NCBI GenBank assembly: GCA_963744125.1
Contig: CAVUSG010000011.1
Span: 12,182 to 76,181, forward strand
Origin: an uncultured Acidobacteriaceae bacterium
Lineage (GTDB): Bacteria > Acidobacteriota > Terriglobia > Terriglobales > Acidobacteriaceae
DNA: 64,000 bases
Direction of reading: 5' to 3'
The position numbers and the translations under genes are program-made. Below, in pieces: positions 7,977 through 19,696 of the stretch (position 1 is the first letter of the stretch; every line of letters starts with the position of its first letter). Below the pieces are notes generated by a model that was not told the DNA's origin, searched no databases, and saw nothing but the letters and a program-made list of their open reading frames with translations.

Positions 7977-9352
7977 TTAGTGGGCTGCGCCTGCGGGTTC
8001 GGGGACGGTCTGGTCTTTGAGCCAGAACTTTTCGGATACGGGGCGGACGAGCAGGTTGGCGATGAAGCCGATGACGAGCAGGCCGGACATGATGTGGAGG
8101 ATGAGTGGGTAGGCTTCCTGGCGGGGTAGCTTGTTGGCGACGTAGTGGTCGAGGATGCCGTTGACGATGAGCGGGCCGACGATTCCGGCGGTGGACCAGG
8201 CGGTGAGCAGGCGGCCGTGGATGGCGGAGACGTTGTAGCCGCCGAAGAGGTCCTTGAGGTAGGCGGGGATGGTGGCGAATCCTCCTCCGTACATGGAGAG
8301 CAGGAGGCGGCGACGATGACGAAGAGGGGGACGGAGTTGAGGTGGTCGGCGCTGGTGAAGGGCAGGAGGAAGTAGAGGATGGCTCCGAGGGTGAAGAAGC
8401 AGAAGTAGGTGGCTTTGCGGCCGATGTAGTCGGAGACGGAGGCCCAGAAGAAGCGGCCGGCCATGTTGAAGATGCTGAGCAGGCCGACGAAGCCGACGGC
8501 GGCGGTGGCGCCGACGGAGCCTTTGAAGAGGTCCTGGATCATGGGTGAGGCTTGTTCGAGGATGCCGATGCCGGCGGTGACGTTGCAGAAGAGGACGATC
8601 CAGAGGAGCCAGAACTGTGGGGTGCGCCAGGCGTGGTGGACGTCGACGTTGTGGGTGGAGATGAGGGCGGAGGCCTTGTTGTGGCCGGACCAGCCTTCGG
8701 GTTTCCAGCCTTCGCGGGGGACGCGGATGGTGAAGACTCCGAACATCATGAAGAGGAAGTAGAGCGCGCCCATGGTCATGAAGGTGTAGGGGATGGAGGG
8801 CTGGCCGGCGGCTTTGAAGTGGGCCATGAGCTGGTTGGCGAGCGGGCCGCCGATCATGGCTCCTCCACCGAAGCCCATGATGGCGAGGCCGGTGGCGAGG
8901 CCGGGGCGGTCGGGGAACCACTTGATGAGGGTGGAGACGGGAGAGATGTAGCCGAGGCCGAGGCCGATGCCTCCGATGACTCCGTAGCCGAGGTAGATGA
9001 GGAGGAGATTGTGGGTGGTGGCTCCGGCGGAGGCGATGAAGAAGCCGGCTCCGAAGCAGAGGGCGGCGTAGAACATGGCGCGGCGAGGGCCGGCTCTTTC
9101 AAGCCACGCTCCGAAGAGCGCGGCGGAGATGCCGAGGAAGGCGATGGCGATGGAGAAGATGTAGCCGACGTCTTTGAGGTTCCATGCGGCGCCGTTGCCG
9201 CCGTGCAGGGCGAGGAGCGGGTTCTTGAAGACGGAGAAGGCGTAGACCTGGCCGATGGAGAGATGGATGGCGAGGGCGGCGGGCGGGACGAGCCAGCGAC
9301 TGTAGCCGAGCGGAGCTACGGATCGGTCGCGATCGAGGAAGGCGAGAGCCAT
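7977..9352 (-). CDS. OFA-family MFS transporter (oxalate/formate/lactate type), frameshift near 8305
   Basis: IHLSIGQVYAFSVF, GLGLGYISPVSTLIKWFPDRPGLATG; second frame SMYGGGFATIPAYLKDLFG...IHGRLLTAWS. Confidence 0.9.
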
Positions 9353-9572
9353 GGGGCGATACTCCTGGGGGAGTTTCAGTATTTGGAGCTCAGGTACGGA
9401 GTGCGCGAAATTAGGTCTTTGTTACTGATCGCGTGAATATACAACGACGTAACTGTGACTGTCAGTGAATTTGGGATGAATGGATGCTGAGTTGGCAATG
9501 GGTTGCTGAGGTGCGGTGCATAGCGTACCTTTTTTTCTGCTGACTAAATATTTGCTGGAGGGTTGTTTGACG

Positions 9573-11530
9573 ATGTCTGATGTGAGTACAAATCTGGATT
9601 CGAGTTTGCGAGAGAACCGGCTGTTTGCGCCGCCTGCGGAGTTTGCCGCGAAGGCGCATGTGAAGAGTCTGGAAGAGTATGAGGCGATGTATCGGCGGAG
9701 CGTGGAACAGCCGGAGAAGTTCTGGGCTGAGGCGGCGGGGGAGTTGGATTGGTTTGCACCGTGGACGAAGGTGCTGGAGGGAGAGATATCGAGCGCTAAG
9801 TGGTTTGTGGGGGGGAAGCTGAATCTTTCGCATAACTGCGTGGATCGTCATGCGCTGGGGGCGCGGAAGGATAAGGTTGCGCTGCTGTGGGAGGGTGAGC
9901 CGGGTGAGGTTCGGAAGCTGACTTATGGCGAGTTGCATGAGCAGGTGCAGCGGTTTGCGAATGTGCTGAAGGGGTTGGGAGTGAAGCGCGGGGATCGCGT
10001 CGCGGTGTACATGGGGATGTCGCCGGAGCTGGCGATTGCGCTGCTGGCTTGCGCGCGGATTGGGGCGGTGCATTCGGTGATCTTCGGCGGGTTTGCGGCG
10101 CATGCGATTGTGGACCGGGTGAATGACTCGGAGTGCGTGGCGGTGATTACGCAGGATACGAGCTATCGGCGGGGTAATGAAGTAAAGCTGAAGTCGATTG
10201 TGGATGAGGCTTTGGAGAAATGTCCGACGGTGAAGAGTGTGGTGGTGTATCGGCGGAGCGGCTCTGAAGTGACGATGAAGGCTGGGCGCGATGTCTGGTG
10301 GCATGACGAGATGGCTGACGGCTGGAGCAGACGTGTGCGCCGGAGTGGATGGATGCGGAGGATCCGCTGTATCTGCTGTACACGTCAGGGACGACGGGGA
10401 AGCCGAAGGGGTTGATGCATACGACGGGTGGGTATGCGGTGCAGACGTATCTGACGAGCAAGTATGTCTTCGATCTGCGCGAGGACGATGTTTACTGGTG
10501 CACGGCGGATATTGGGTGGGTGACTGGGCATAGCTATGTTGTGTATGGGCCGCTGCAGAATGGCGCGACGGTGGTGATGTATGAGGGGGCTCCGAACTGG
10601 CCGGAGCCGGACCGGTTTTGGAAGATTGTGGATGCGCATAAGGTGACGATTTTTTATACGGCTCCGACGGCGATACGGGCGTTTACGAAGTGGGGGAATC
10701 AGTGGGTGGAGAAGCACTCGCTGGCTTCGCTGAGGTTGCTGGGGACGGTGGGGGAGCCGATCAATCCTGAGAGCTGGATGTGGTATCACCGGGAGATTGG
10801 GAAGGAGCGGTGCCCGATTGTGGATACGTACTGGCAGACGGAGACGGGGGCGATCATTATTGCTCCGATTCCGGGAGCGGTGGGGACGAAGCCTGGGTCG
10901 GCTACGCGGCCGTTCTTTGGGATTGTGCCTGAAGTGGTTACAAAAGAGGGAGAGCCGGTTCCGGATGGCAAGGGTGGGTTGCTGGTGATTCGGAAGCCGT
11001 GGCCTTCGCTTGCGCGGACGATTTATGGCGATCGGGCGCGGTATGAGCAGGCTTATTTCAGCGAGATTCCGGGGAGCTACTTTACGGGCGATGGTGCGCG
11101 GCGGGATTCGGATGGGTATTTCTGGCTGATGGGACGCGTGGATGATGTGATCAACGTGAGTGGACATCGGCTGGGGACGATGGAGGTGGAGTCGGCGCTG
11201 GTGGCGCATCCGAAGGTGGCTGAGGCGGCGGTGGTGGGGAGACCGGACGAGATGAAAGGGCAGGCGATTGCGGCGTTTGTGACGCTGGAGGGTGGGCACG
11301 CTCCGAGTGAGGAGTTGCGACAGGAGTTGCGGCAGTGGGTTGCGAAAGAGATTGGGGCGCTGGCGCGGCCGGATGATCTGACTTTTACAGATGCTCTGCC
11401 GAAGACGCGTAGCGGGAAGATAATGCGGCGGCTGCTGAGGGAGCTCGCAAGTACGGGCGAGGTGAAGGGGGATACGACTACGCTGGAGGACTTCGGTGTG
11501 ATAGCGAAGTTGCGAGAGGGTGATGAGTAG
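9573..11530 (+). CDS. acs: Acetyl-CoA synthetase, frameshift near 10320-10345
   Basis: [45 protein letters not shown] across two frames. Confidence 0.95.
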
Positions 11531-12978
11531 AGCTATCTGCTGCCCGAGCTGCGAGCATCGTAAAGGTGAACACGGAGCCCTGACCGGGTTGGCTGGTGAC
11601 GTCGATGTGTCCGCCATGCGCTTCAATGATGGAGCGGCTAATGGCGAGCCCCATGCCGGTGCCGGCAGTTCCTTCGTTGTGATTTCTGGCGCGATAGAAG
11701 CGTTCGAAGATCAATGATTGTTCAGAAGGATCAATGCCAATTCCGCGGTCTGCTATGCTCACGGCGATGTAGTCTCCTTTCCGTTCCGCGGAGATGGTAA
11801 TGGGCATGTTGGGATTGGAGTATTTTGCGGCGTTTTCGAGAAGGTTGCAGATGACTTTCTTGAGATAGTCAGGATCTGCATTTATCTCCAGTGCAGAGGG
11901 TACGTCGATCTTTACGGGGTGCTGTTCTTCGACCCAGGAACAGGTCTCTTCTGCCTGTTCGACGAGCTGAAGTACGCTCACCGGCGCAAAGTGCATCTGC
12001 ACCTGTTGCGCGTCGAGCTGGGCCATCTCCACAGCTTCTGAGACGAGGTGATTCAGACGGTCGCTTTCTTCGTCGATGATAGTGAGCAACTCATTGCTGC
12101 TCTCCTTCTCGACCCCACCGGCCAAGAGGGCGGTAGCTGCGCCTTTTATCGAGGTGAGTGGAGTCCGGAGTTCATGAGTGATGGAATCGATCATGAGGGT
12201 TCGGAGGCGTTCGCTTTCCTTGGCGGCTTCTCCGCGGGCGACGTTTTCCAATGCTTGTGCGCGATCCATCGAGATGGAGATCAGACCACCGATGGCCTCG
12301 GACGTTTTTGCGGAGATGGAGACTCCGCGCAGGAGAAGCAGGCCTCTGGGCCGGACCCCGGACCGCAGCGGAACCTGGATTTCATCGGCTTCACTGTTGA
12401 CGGCGGAGAGCGTTGTGGCGAGTTGGCGGAGGTGGGGGATTTCGATCTCTGAGATCTCGTCGGTTCCAGCGCGGTAGAGCTTATCTCCATCCAGCAGGTA
12501 GAGGATTCCTGATCTTGCGCCGGTCACGCTGGCGACGGCGGAGGGCAGGGAAGTGACCAGCGTGGCGACATTTTCGGTTTGCAGAAGCTCACGACTGAGG
12601 CGGAAGAGAATCTTCGAGTTCCTGCTGGCGGGAGCGAGCCTCCTTCGCCTGGTTGCGGGCGCGATGAGACAGGCGGCTAGCGATGATGGCGGTGGCGAGA
12701 AAGGCGAAGAGGGCCAGCCAGTTCTGGGGGTCTGCTATGGTAAACGTGCCGACGGGCGGAAGGAAGAAGAAGTTGTAGCATGCTGTTGCGGCAATGGAGA
12801 TTACGACTGCATAACGGAGGCCCCATTCCGCGGCGAGCAATAGAATGAGTAGCAGCAAACTCAACGCAACGGTAGTCGGGTTGACGTGAAGCAGATGTCT
12901 GTACGCGAGTACGATTCCGGCGAGAGCTCCAAATGCCAGAATCCAACGCATTATTGCAACGGTACGACGCGAGTTCAT
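11478..12978 (-). CDS. kdpD: KdpD C-terminal half: 4-TM (DUF4118) + GAF-like + histidine kinase, frameshift near 12610
   Basis: [23 protein letters not shown]; SESERLR-like linker, [28 protein letters not shown]. Confidence 0.85.
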
Positions 12979-12986
12979 AGGGAGTA

Positions 12987-14126
12987 TTGTACGGCGTGAG
13001 CGAAACAAGAAAATCACCGGAAGATTGGCTACTGAGCAGCGAAACGGAGAAGCAGCGCGGCCGCTTCAAGGTGTTTCTCGGATACGCTCCCGGGGTGGGG
13101 AAGACGTTCAGCATGCTCAGCGAAGGCATTCGGCGACGCAGCCGGGGCGAAGATGTCGTCATAGGGATTGTGGAGACCCACGGACGCAGTGGCACGGGGG
13201 AGCTGTCATCAAAGCTGGAGCAGGTGCCACGACGTGAGATCGACTATAAGGGAACGTTGTTTACCGAGATGGACGTTGATGCGATCCTGGCGCGCATGCC
13301 GCAGGTGGCATTGATCGACGAACTGGCCCATACGAATGTCGAAGGCAGCCGCTTTGCGAAGCGGTATGAAGATGTCCTGCTGCTGCTGGAGAACAAGATC
13401 GATGTGCTGAGCACAATCAACATTCAGCACGTTGAGAGCCTGGCGCCGCGGGTACAGGCGCTCACGGGCATCAGTGTTCGAGAACAGGTTCCTGACTGGG
13501 TGCTTGATCGTGCGGATGAGATTGTCATCAGCGACTTGACTCCGGAGGCGCTGGTGACACGAATGCGGCGTGGCGACATTTATCCGATGGAACGGGTGGA
13601 GCGCTCGCTCTCCAACTTCTTTCGGCGGGGTAATCTCATTGCTCTTCGCGAGATGGCGCTGCAACGTGTGACTCGCGCAGTCGATCGCACGTTAGACGGC
13701 TACGTAAAGCGCAAACGACTTGGTGCACATTGGACGGTCGCGGAGAGAATCGCAGTTTGCATCAGCTCCAACTCGCAGGCACGTGATCTGATAGCACGCG
13801 GAGCGCGGTTGGCGGAGGCATTGGGAGCCGAACTTTATGTCCTGCACGTTGGGAGCGAACGCGACGAGGAGCCGGAGCGCAAGCGAACGCTGGAGTCGAG
13901 CCTGCAGTTTGCCAGAAACCTGGGAGCGTCTATCGTAAGTCTTACGGGCAGCGATACGGCCCGCGTGACCGCAACGTACATCCGGGAGCAGCGAATTACG
14001 CAGGCCATCGTCGGGAGGTCGGCCTTGCACGGATTGCGCAAATATCTTTACTATCTCGCCATCCAGAAGTTCATGTCTGAGGCGCCGCACGTCGATCTGC
14101 ACATCGTCACACAGGAGAGCCATTGA
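12987..14126 (+). CDS. kdpD: KdpD N-terminal sensor half (KdpD domain + USP)
   Basis: RGRFKVFLGYAPGVGKT, VETHGR, DELAHTN, FFRRGNLIALRE, then a USP domain; no TM or kinase domain. Start may be a few codons downstream. Confidence 0.9.
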   Translation: MYGVSETRKSPEDWLLSSETEKQRGRFKVFLGYAPGVGKTFSMLSEGIRRRSRGEDVVIGIVETHGRSGTGELSSKLEQVPRREIDYKGTLFTEMDVDAILARMPQVALIDELAHTNVEGSRFAKRYEDVLLLLENKIDVLSTINIQHVESLAPRVQALTGISVREQVPDWVLDRADEIVISDLTPEALVTRMRRGDIYPMERVERSLSNFFRRGNLIALREMALQRVTRAVDRTLDGYVKRKRLGAHWTVAERIAVCISSNSQARDLIARGARLAEALGAELYVLHVGSERDEEPERKRTLESSLQFARNLGASIVSLTGSDTARVTATYIREQRITQAIVGRSALHGLRKYLYYLAIQKFMSEAPHVDLHIVTQESH

Positions 14127-14868
14127 AGCGAATACTGATTGTGGATGATGAGCGGCAGATAACACGCATGCTGCGGGCTTCTCTGCAGAGCTGTGGCTAC
14201 GAAGTAATGGTCGCCGGGAATGGGGTGGAGGCATTCGCACGATTTGAGACCGATCGACCTGATCTGATCATTACGGATCTGGCGATGCCGGAGATGAATG
14301 GGCTGGAGTTGACGCAGGCTGTGAGGAGGCTCGCTCAGACGCCGATCATCGTGCTGAGCGTTCGGGACACGGATGTGATGAAGGTGGCGGCGCTGGATGA
14401 GGGCGCGGATGACTATCTTACGAAACCGTTCAGCATGCCTGAATTACTGGCTCGTGTGCGCGCCCAACTGCGGCGCACCTCCGAGTCTGAGCCTGGTGAG
14501 AGTCATCTCGAGGTTGGCGACTTCGTTATCGATGCCGATGTGCATACGATTTCGGTTCGGGGGCAGGCGATCCACTTGACTCCGAAGGAGTTCGATCTGT
14601 TGCTGCTGTTTGCGCGTGCTCCTCATCGCGTGCTGACGCACAAGATACTGCTGCGTGGTATCTGGGGTCCGGCAGGCGATCATCAGCCGGAGTACCTGCG
14701 GGTGTTGATCGCGCAGCTCAGGAAGAAGATCGAGCGGGGGAGGGGCCGCGATATATCGTTAGCGAGCCCTGGGTGGGGTATCGATTCGACCCGGAGGGGA
14801 AGAGCAGCATACGACTTCTTAACGCGTTTTCTACGGTTCTTTTACGGGGATTGCCTTTCTACTCATAA
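14123..14868 (+). CDS. kdpE: Response regulator KdpE, frameshift near 14740
   Basis: ILIVDDE, GADDYLTKPF, LTPKEFDLL, EYLRV.IAQLRKKIE; PRYIVSEPWVGYRF continues in a shifted frame. Confidence 0.9.
14816..14846 (+). promoter_or_regulatory. Candidate KdpE binding site: three T-rich direct repeats, 11-bp period
   Basis: ttcttaacg (14816), ttttctacg (14827), tcttttacg (14838), upstream of the kdp operon. Confidence 0.55.
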
Positions 14869-15132
14869 AGAAAGGTTGTCTAATTGCGTAGTTACAGGTT
14901 TAGTTTCGTCGTATCTTGTTTTTTCTGCATGCGTTGCAAATTCCTGCAATTGCCAGGGGCTCGAACACCTGCTCAGCTATGGCCGTGGATCGGCTCACGG
15001 TGCTCTTCCGTCCGGAGTTGCGTCTTGAGCATTCCTACGATCTGAAAGCTACGATCTAGGCACGAAGAAGACACAGTTCCTCGCCGCCGGAGACGTGACT
15101 TACCACTTCTAGAGAAAGAACGGAGTATCTCC

Positions 15133-15237
15133 ATGATCGATGTATTTTGTGTTGTACTGATCTTCATATTTTTTGGAGTTGCGCACGCCTATGTCGAAGC
15201 GTGCCAGCGACTGAAAGCGAGGCCCAACCATGATTGA
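15133..15237 (+). CDS. 34-aa hydrophobic peptide upstream of kdpF
   Basis: GGAG RBS; MIDVFCVVLIFIFFGVAHAYVEACQRLKARPNHD; overlaps the kdpF start. Confidence 0.7.
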   Translation: MIDVFCVVLIFIFFGVAHAYVEACQRLKARPNHD

Positions 15238-15315
15238 AGGGATCCTTCTTCTATCATTTCGGCTGGACTGCTGGTCTATCTCGTCTACGCGCTCTTACGC
15301 CCGGAGAAGTTCTAA
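15230..15315 (+). CDS. kdpF: K+-ATPase subunit F (1-nt frameshift)
   Basis: C-terminus GLLVYLVYALLRPEKF-stop abuts the kdpA ATG. Confidence 0.85.
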
Positions 15316-17073
15316 ATGTCACTCAACGGCTGGCTGCAAATCTTTCTCTTCATCGCGCTGGTGCTGCTGCTCGCGAAACCCATGGGCAGCTACATTGCTC
15401 GAGTATTCGAGCGACGGAAGACCTTTCTTGATCCGGTGCTGGTTCCGTGCGAACGGCTGCTCTATCGCATGACGGGCATAAACCCGAACAGGAGATGCGC
15501 TGGACGGAGTATGCCGTTGCGATGCTGATCTTCAGCGCGGCGACGATGTTGCTGACGTATGTCGTCGAGCGGGTGCAGCATTGGTTGCCCTTGAATCCTC
15601 AACATCTGGCTGGGGTTGAGCCGTACTGGCGCTGAATACAGCGATCTCATTTACGACTAATACGAACTGGCAGTCTTATGTGCCCGAGTCGACGATGAGC
15701 TATCTCACGCAGATGCTCGGGCTGGCCACGCATAACTTCTGGTCGGCGGCCGTGGGAATGGCGCTGGCGATCGCGTTCATTCGCGGGATCGCGCGACGCG
15801 AGATGAAGACGCTTGGGAACTTCTGGGTCGACCTGACGCGCGGGACGCTTTGGGTTCTGGTGCCGATCTGGATCGTGTTCTCGCTGGCGCTGGTATCGCA
15901 GGGTGTCGTACAGAACTTCAAGCCGTATGACACGGCGAAGTTGGTGGAGTCGCAGAAAGTCGTCTGGCACAGATGGGAAGGCGACGGTGGTTACGACGCA
16001 GACGATCGCGCAGGGGCCAGTCGCTTCGCAAGAAGCGATCAAGATGCTGGGGACGAACGGTGGCGGCTTCTTCAATGCGAACAGCGCGCATCCGTTCGAG
16101 AATCCTACGCCGCTGTCGAACTTCCTGCAGATGCTCTCGATCTTTCTGATCCCTGCGGGCTGGCGATTGCGCTGGGGCAGATGGTGGGTTCGCCGAAGCA
16201 CGGCTGGGCGGTGTTCGCGGCGATGGTCGTGCTTTGGTTTGCGGGAACGCTGACGTGCTATTGGGCGGAGTCGCAGCCGAACCCACTGCTGCATGGAGTG
16301 GACCAGCACATCTCGCTGACTTCAATCCGGCGGCAACATGGAAGGCAAGGAAGTTCGCTTCGGTATTGCGAACTCGGCGCTTGTTCGCGACAGTCACTAC
16401 GGATGCGAGCTGCGGCGCGGTGAACACATGCACGACAGCTTTATGCCGCTGGGCGGTATGGTGCCGATGATGAATATCCTGCTGGGCGAGATCGTCTTCG
16501 GCGGCGTCGGGGCAGGGCTGTACGGCATGTGGTCTTCGTGGTGATGGCGGTCTTCATCGCCGGTCTAATGGTGGGCCGTACTCCGGAGTACCTGGGCAAG
16601 AAGATCGAATCGTACGACGTGCAGATGTCGATGCTGTATCTGCTGATCTTTCCGTTGATCATTCTGGGCTTCTCTGCGGTTGCGGTGCTGACGCCGAACT
16701 TCGGGCTTAGCAGCCTACAAACCATGGTCCGCATGGCCTTTCGGAGATTTTGTATGCCTACACTTCGGCGACGGGGAACAACGGCTCGGCATTTGCGGGA
16801 TTGAATGCGAATACGCACTGGTACAACTACTCGCTGGGGTTGCGATGTTCTCGGGCGCTTCCTGATGGTTGTGCCGATGCTGGCCATTGCCGGAAACCTT
16901 GCCGGCAAGAAATTGTTCCCGCCTCCGCAGGAACGTTCCCCGTCACTACGCCTTTGTTCACGATGCTGCTGATTAGCGTCATTCTTATCGTCGGGGCCCT
17001 TACTTTTTTCCCCGCACTAGCCTCGGTCCCTATGCTTGAGCATCTGTTGCTTCGGGCTGGACACGCTTTTTAG
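15316..17073 (+). CDS. kdpA: K+-transporting ATPase subunit A (multiple frameshifts)
   Basis: [69 protein letters not shown] in successive frames. Confidence 0.9.
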
Positions 17074-17092
17074 GGAGCCTCAGGAGACACTT

Positions 17093-19128
17093 ATGACTAC
17101 ACATGCAAGCCGCCGCTCCCTGTTCGATCCGAAGATTGTCCGTCGTGCATCCGTGGATGCGCTCACCAAGCTGAGTCCACGGCAATGATGAAGAACCCTG
17201 TGATGTTCGTCGTCGAGATTGGAAGCGTTCTCACACATGCATGCTCATCCTAACGTGGTGACGCATAGCGGACATCTCAGCTTCAACCTCCAGATAACGT
17301 TGTGGCTTTGGTTTACGGTGCTTTTCGCGAATTTCGCCGAAGCAATGGCTGAAGGCCGCGGCAAGGCGCAGGCCGATGCGCTGCGACTTGCGAAGTCCGA
17401 GACGACGGCGTACCGGGTGGTGAAGGGGGTTGTGCAGGAGGTGCCAAGCTCACAACTCCGCGCGGAGGATATTGTGCGCGTTACTGCGGGACAGATGATC
17501 CCCGGCGATGGCGACGTAATCGAGGGAGTGGCTCGGTTGACGAGTCGGCAATTACGGGCGAGTCGGCTCCTGTGATCCGCGAGGCGGGGGGTGACCGGTC
17601 GGCCGTTACGGGTGGCACTCGCGTTCTGTCTGACGTGATTACTGTGCGCATCACTTCGAATCCGGGTGAGACATTTCTGGATCGCATGATCGCGCTGGTA
17701 GAAGGTGCGGAACGACAAAAGACGCCGAATGAGATCGCGCTCAATATTCTGCTCGCTGGGTTGACGATTATTTTTCTCTTTGCCGTTGTCACCCTGCAAC
17801 CGTTCGCCATCTACTCTGGTGCACCGCAGACGGTTTTTGTGCTGATCGCATTGCTGGTGTGTCTTATACCTACGACGATTGGCGGGTTGCTCTCTGCGAT
17901 TGGTATAGCGGGTATGGATCGGCTGGTGCAGCACAATGTGCTGGCCACTTCGGGGCGCGCGGTGGAAGCCGCGGGCGATGTGAATACGCTGCTTCTCGAC
18001 AAGACGGGGACCATTACGATCGGGAACCGGCAGGCTTCGGAGTTTGTTGCGGCGCCCGGTGTAACGGCGGAGCAGTTAGCGGATGCGGCTCAACTCTCTT
18101 CGCTTTCGGATGAGACACCTGAAGGCCGCTCTATTGTGGTGCTGGCGAAAGAGCAATTCGATCTGCGCGGGCGCGAGCTGGGGCCAATGAATGCGGAGTT
18201 CGTTCCTTTCTCCGCGACTACTCGTATGAGCGGTATCGAGGTCGATGGCCGTAGCATTCGCAAGGGTGCCGTCGATGCTATTGCACGTTATCTGCAGGAG
18301 CATGGTTCGCAGATGCCGGCGGAGGTGCGGGCTACGGTTGACACGATTTCGCGGAGTGGCGGTACGCCGCTGGTGGTTACGGAAAACGGGCGCGCGCTTG
18401 GCGTTATCCACTTGAAGGACGTGGTGAAGGGCGGCATGAAGGAGCGGTTTGACCAGCTTCGCGCGATGGGCATTCGCACGGTGATGATCACCGGGGACAA
18501 TCCGCTCACTGCGGCGGCGATTGCGCGAGAGGCCGGTGTCGATGACTTTCTAGCGGAGGCCAAGCCGAAGGACAAGATGGATCTGATACGTCGCGAGCAG
18601 GCCGACGGCAAGCTGGTCGCGATGACGGGAGATGGCACGAACGATGCTCCTGCGCTGGCCCAGGCAGATGTGGGCGTTGCGATGAACTCGGGCACGCAGG
18701 CTGCGAAGGAGGCGGGGAACATGGTTGACCTCGACTCTAACCCGACGAAGCTGATCGAGATTGTCGCTATTGGCAAACAGCTGCTAATGACACGCGGCGC
18801 GCTGACGACCTTTTCCATCGCGAACGATGTGGCGAAGTATTTCGCGATTATTCCGGCGATGTTTGCCGGGGTGTTTCCGGTGCTGGATGCGCTCAACATC
18901 ATGCATCTGCATAATGCAGAGTCCGCTGTTCTCTCTGCGGTGATTTTCAATGCACTCATCATCATCGGACTGATACCGCTTGCGTTGCGGGGTGTCGGGT
19001 ACAGGCCTATGTCAGCGGCGGGTTTGCTGCGGCGGAACCTGCTGGTCTATGGGTTTGGCGGCCTTGTCGTTCCCTTCATCGGGATCAAGCTTATCGACGT
19101 GATTATCACTGCGCTTCATTTTGCGTAA
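17093..19128 (+). CDS. kdpB: K+-transporting ATPase subunit B (frameshifts in 5' part)
   Basis: [50 protein letters not shown]. Confidence 0.95.
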
Positions 19129-19136
19129 GGAGATTT

Positions 19137-19689
19137 ATGAAGAAGCACATTATTACCGCTTGTCTGTATACGGTTGTCACCGGCGTTTTGCTTGGCCTTG
19201 TCTACCCACTCCTCATTGCGGGGATAGCGAAGGTCGTCTTCCGTGACAAGGCGGATGGCCAACTGATCGTTCAAAATGGAGAGGTCATTGGGTCGAAGCT
19301 GATCGGGCAACCCTTCACCGGGCCGGGGTATTTTCATAGCCGTCCTTCGGCGGCGGGGACCGGCTATGACGCGACGAATTCTTCAGGCTCTAAGCTTGGG
19401 CCTACCAGCAAGGCGCTGGCGGATCGCGTGAATGCCAGCGTGAGCGCGGAGGGTGGGGGGGCGGTTCCGGTTGATCTGGTTACGGCGTCGGGATCGGGGC
19501 TTGATCCGGATATCAGTCCGGCGGCTGCTTTGTACCAGGTTTCGCGGGTTGCTCGTGAGCGGAAGCTCTCCGAAGATAAGGTTCGTGAGCTGGTGATGAA
19601 GCAGGTTGAGCCACGGCAGTTCGGGCTGCTGGGTGAGCCGGTGGTTAATGTGCTTGGGCATCAATCTTGCGTTGGATCAGATGAAGTAG
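19137..19689 (+). CDS. kdpC: K+-transporting ATPase subunit C (frameshift near 3' end)
   Basis: GSKLIGQPF..YFHSRPSA, VTASGSGLDPDIS; NLALDQMK-stop in a shifted frame. Confidence 0.92.
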
Positions 19690-19696
19690 AGAGCGT

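Noticed and set aside
14869-15028. Extended C-terminus of KdpE in the ORF track (301 aa)
   Set aside because: The conserved end (YIVSEPWVGYRF) is in another frame, so the extension is a frameshift artefact.
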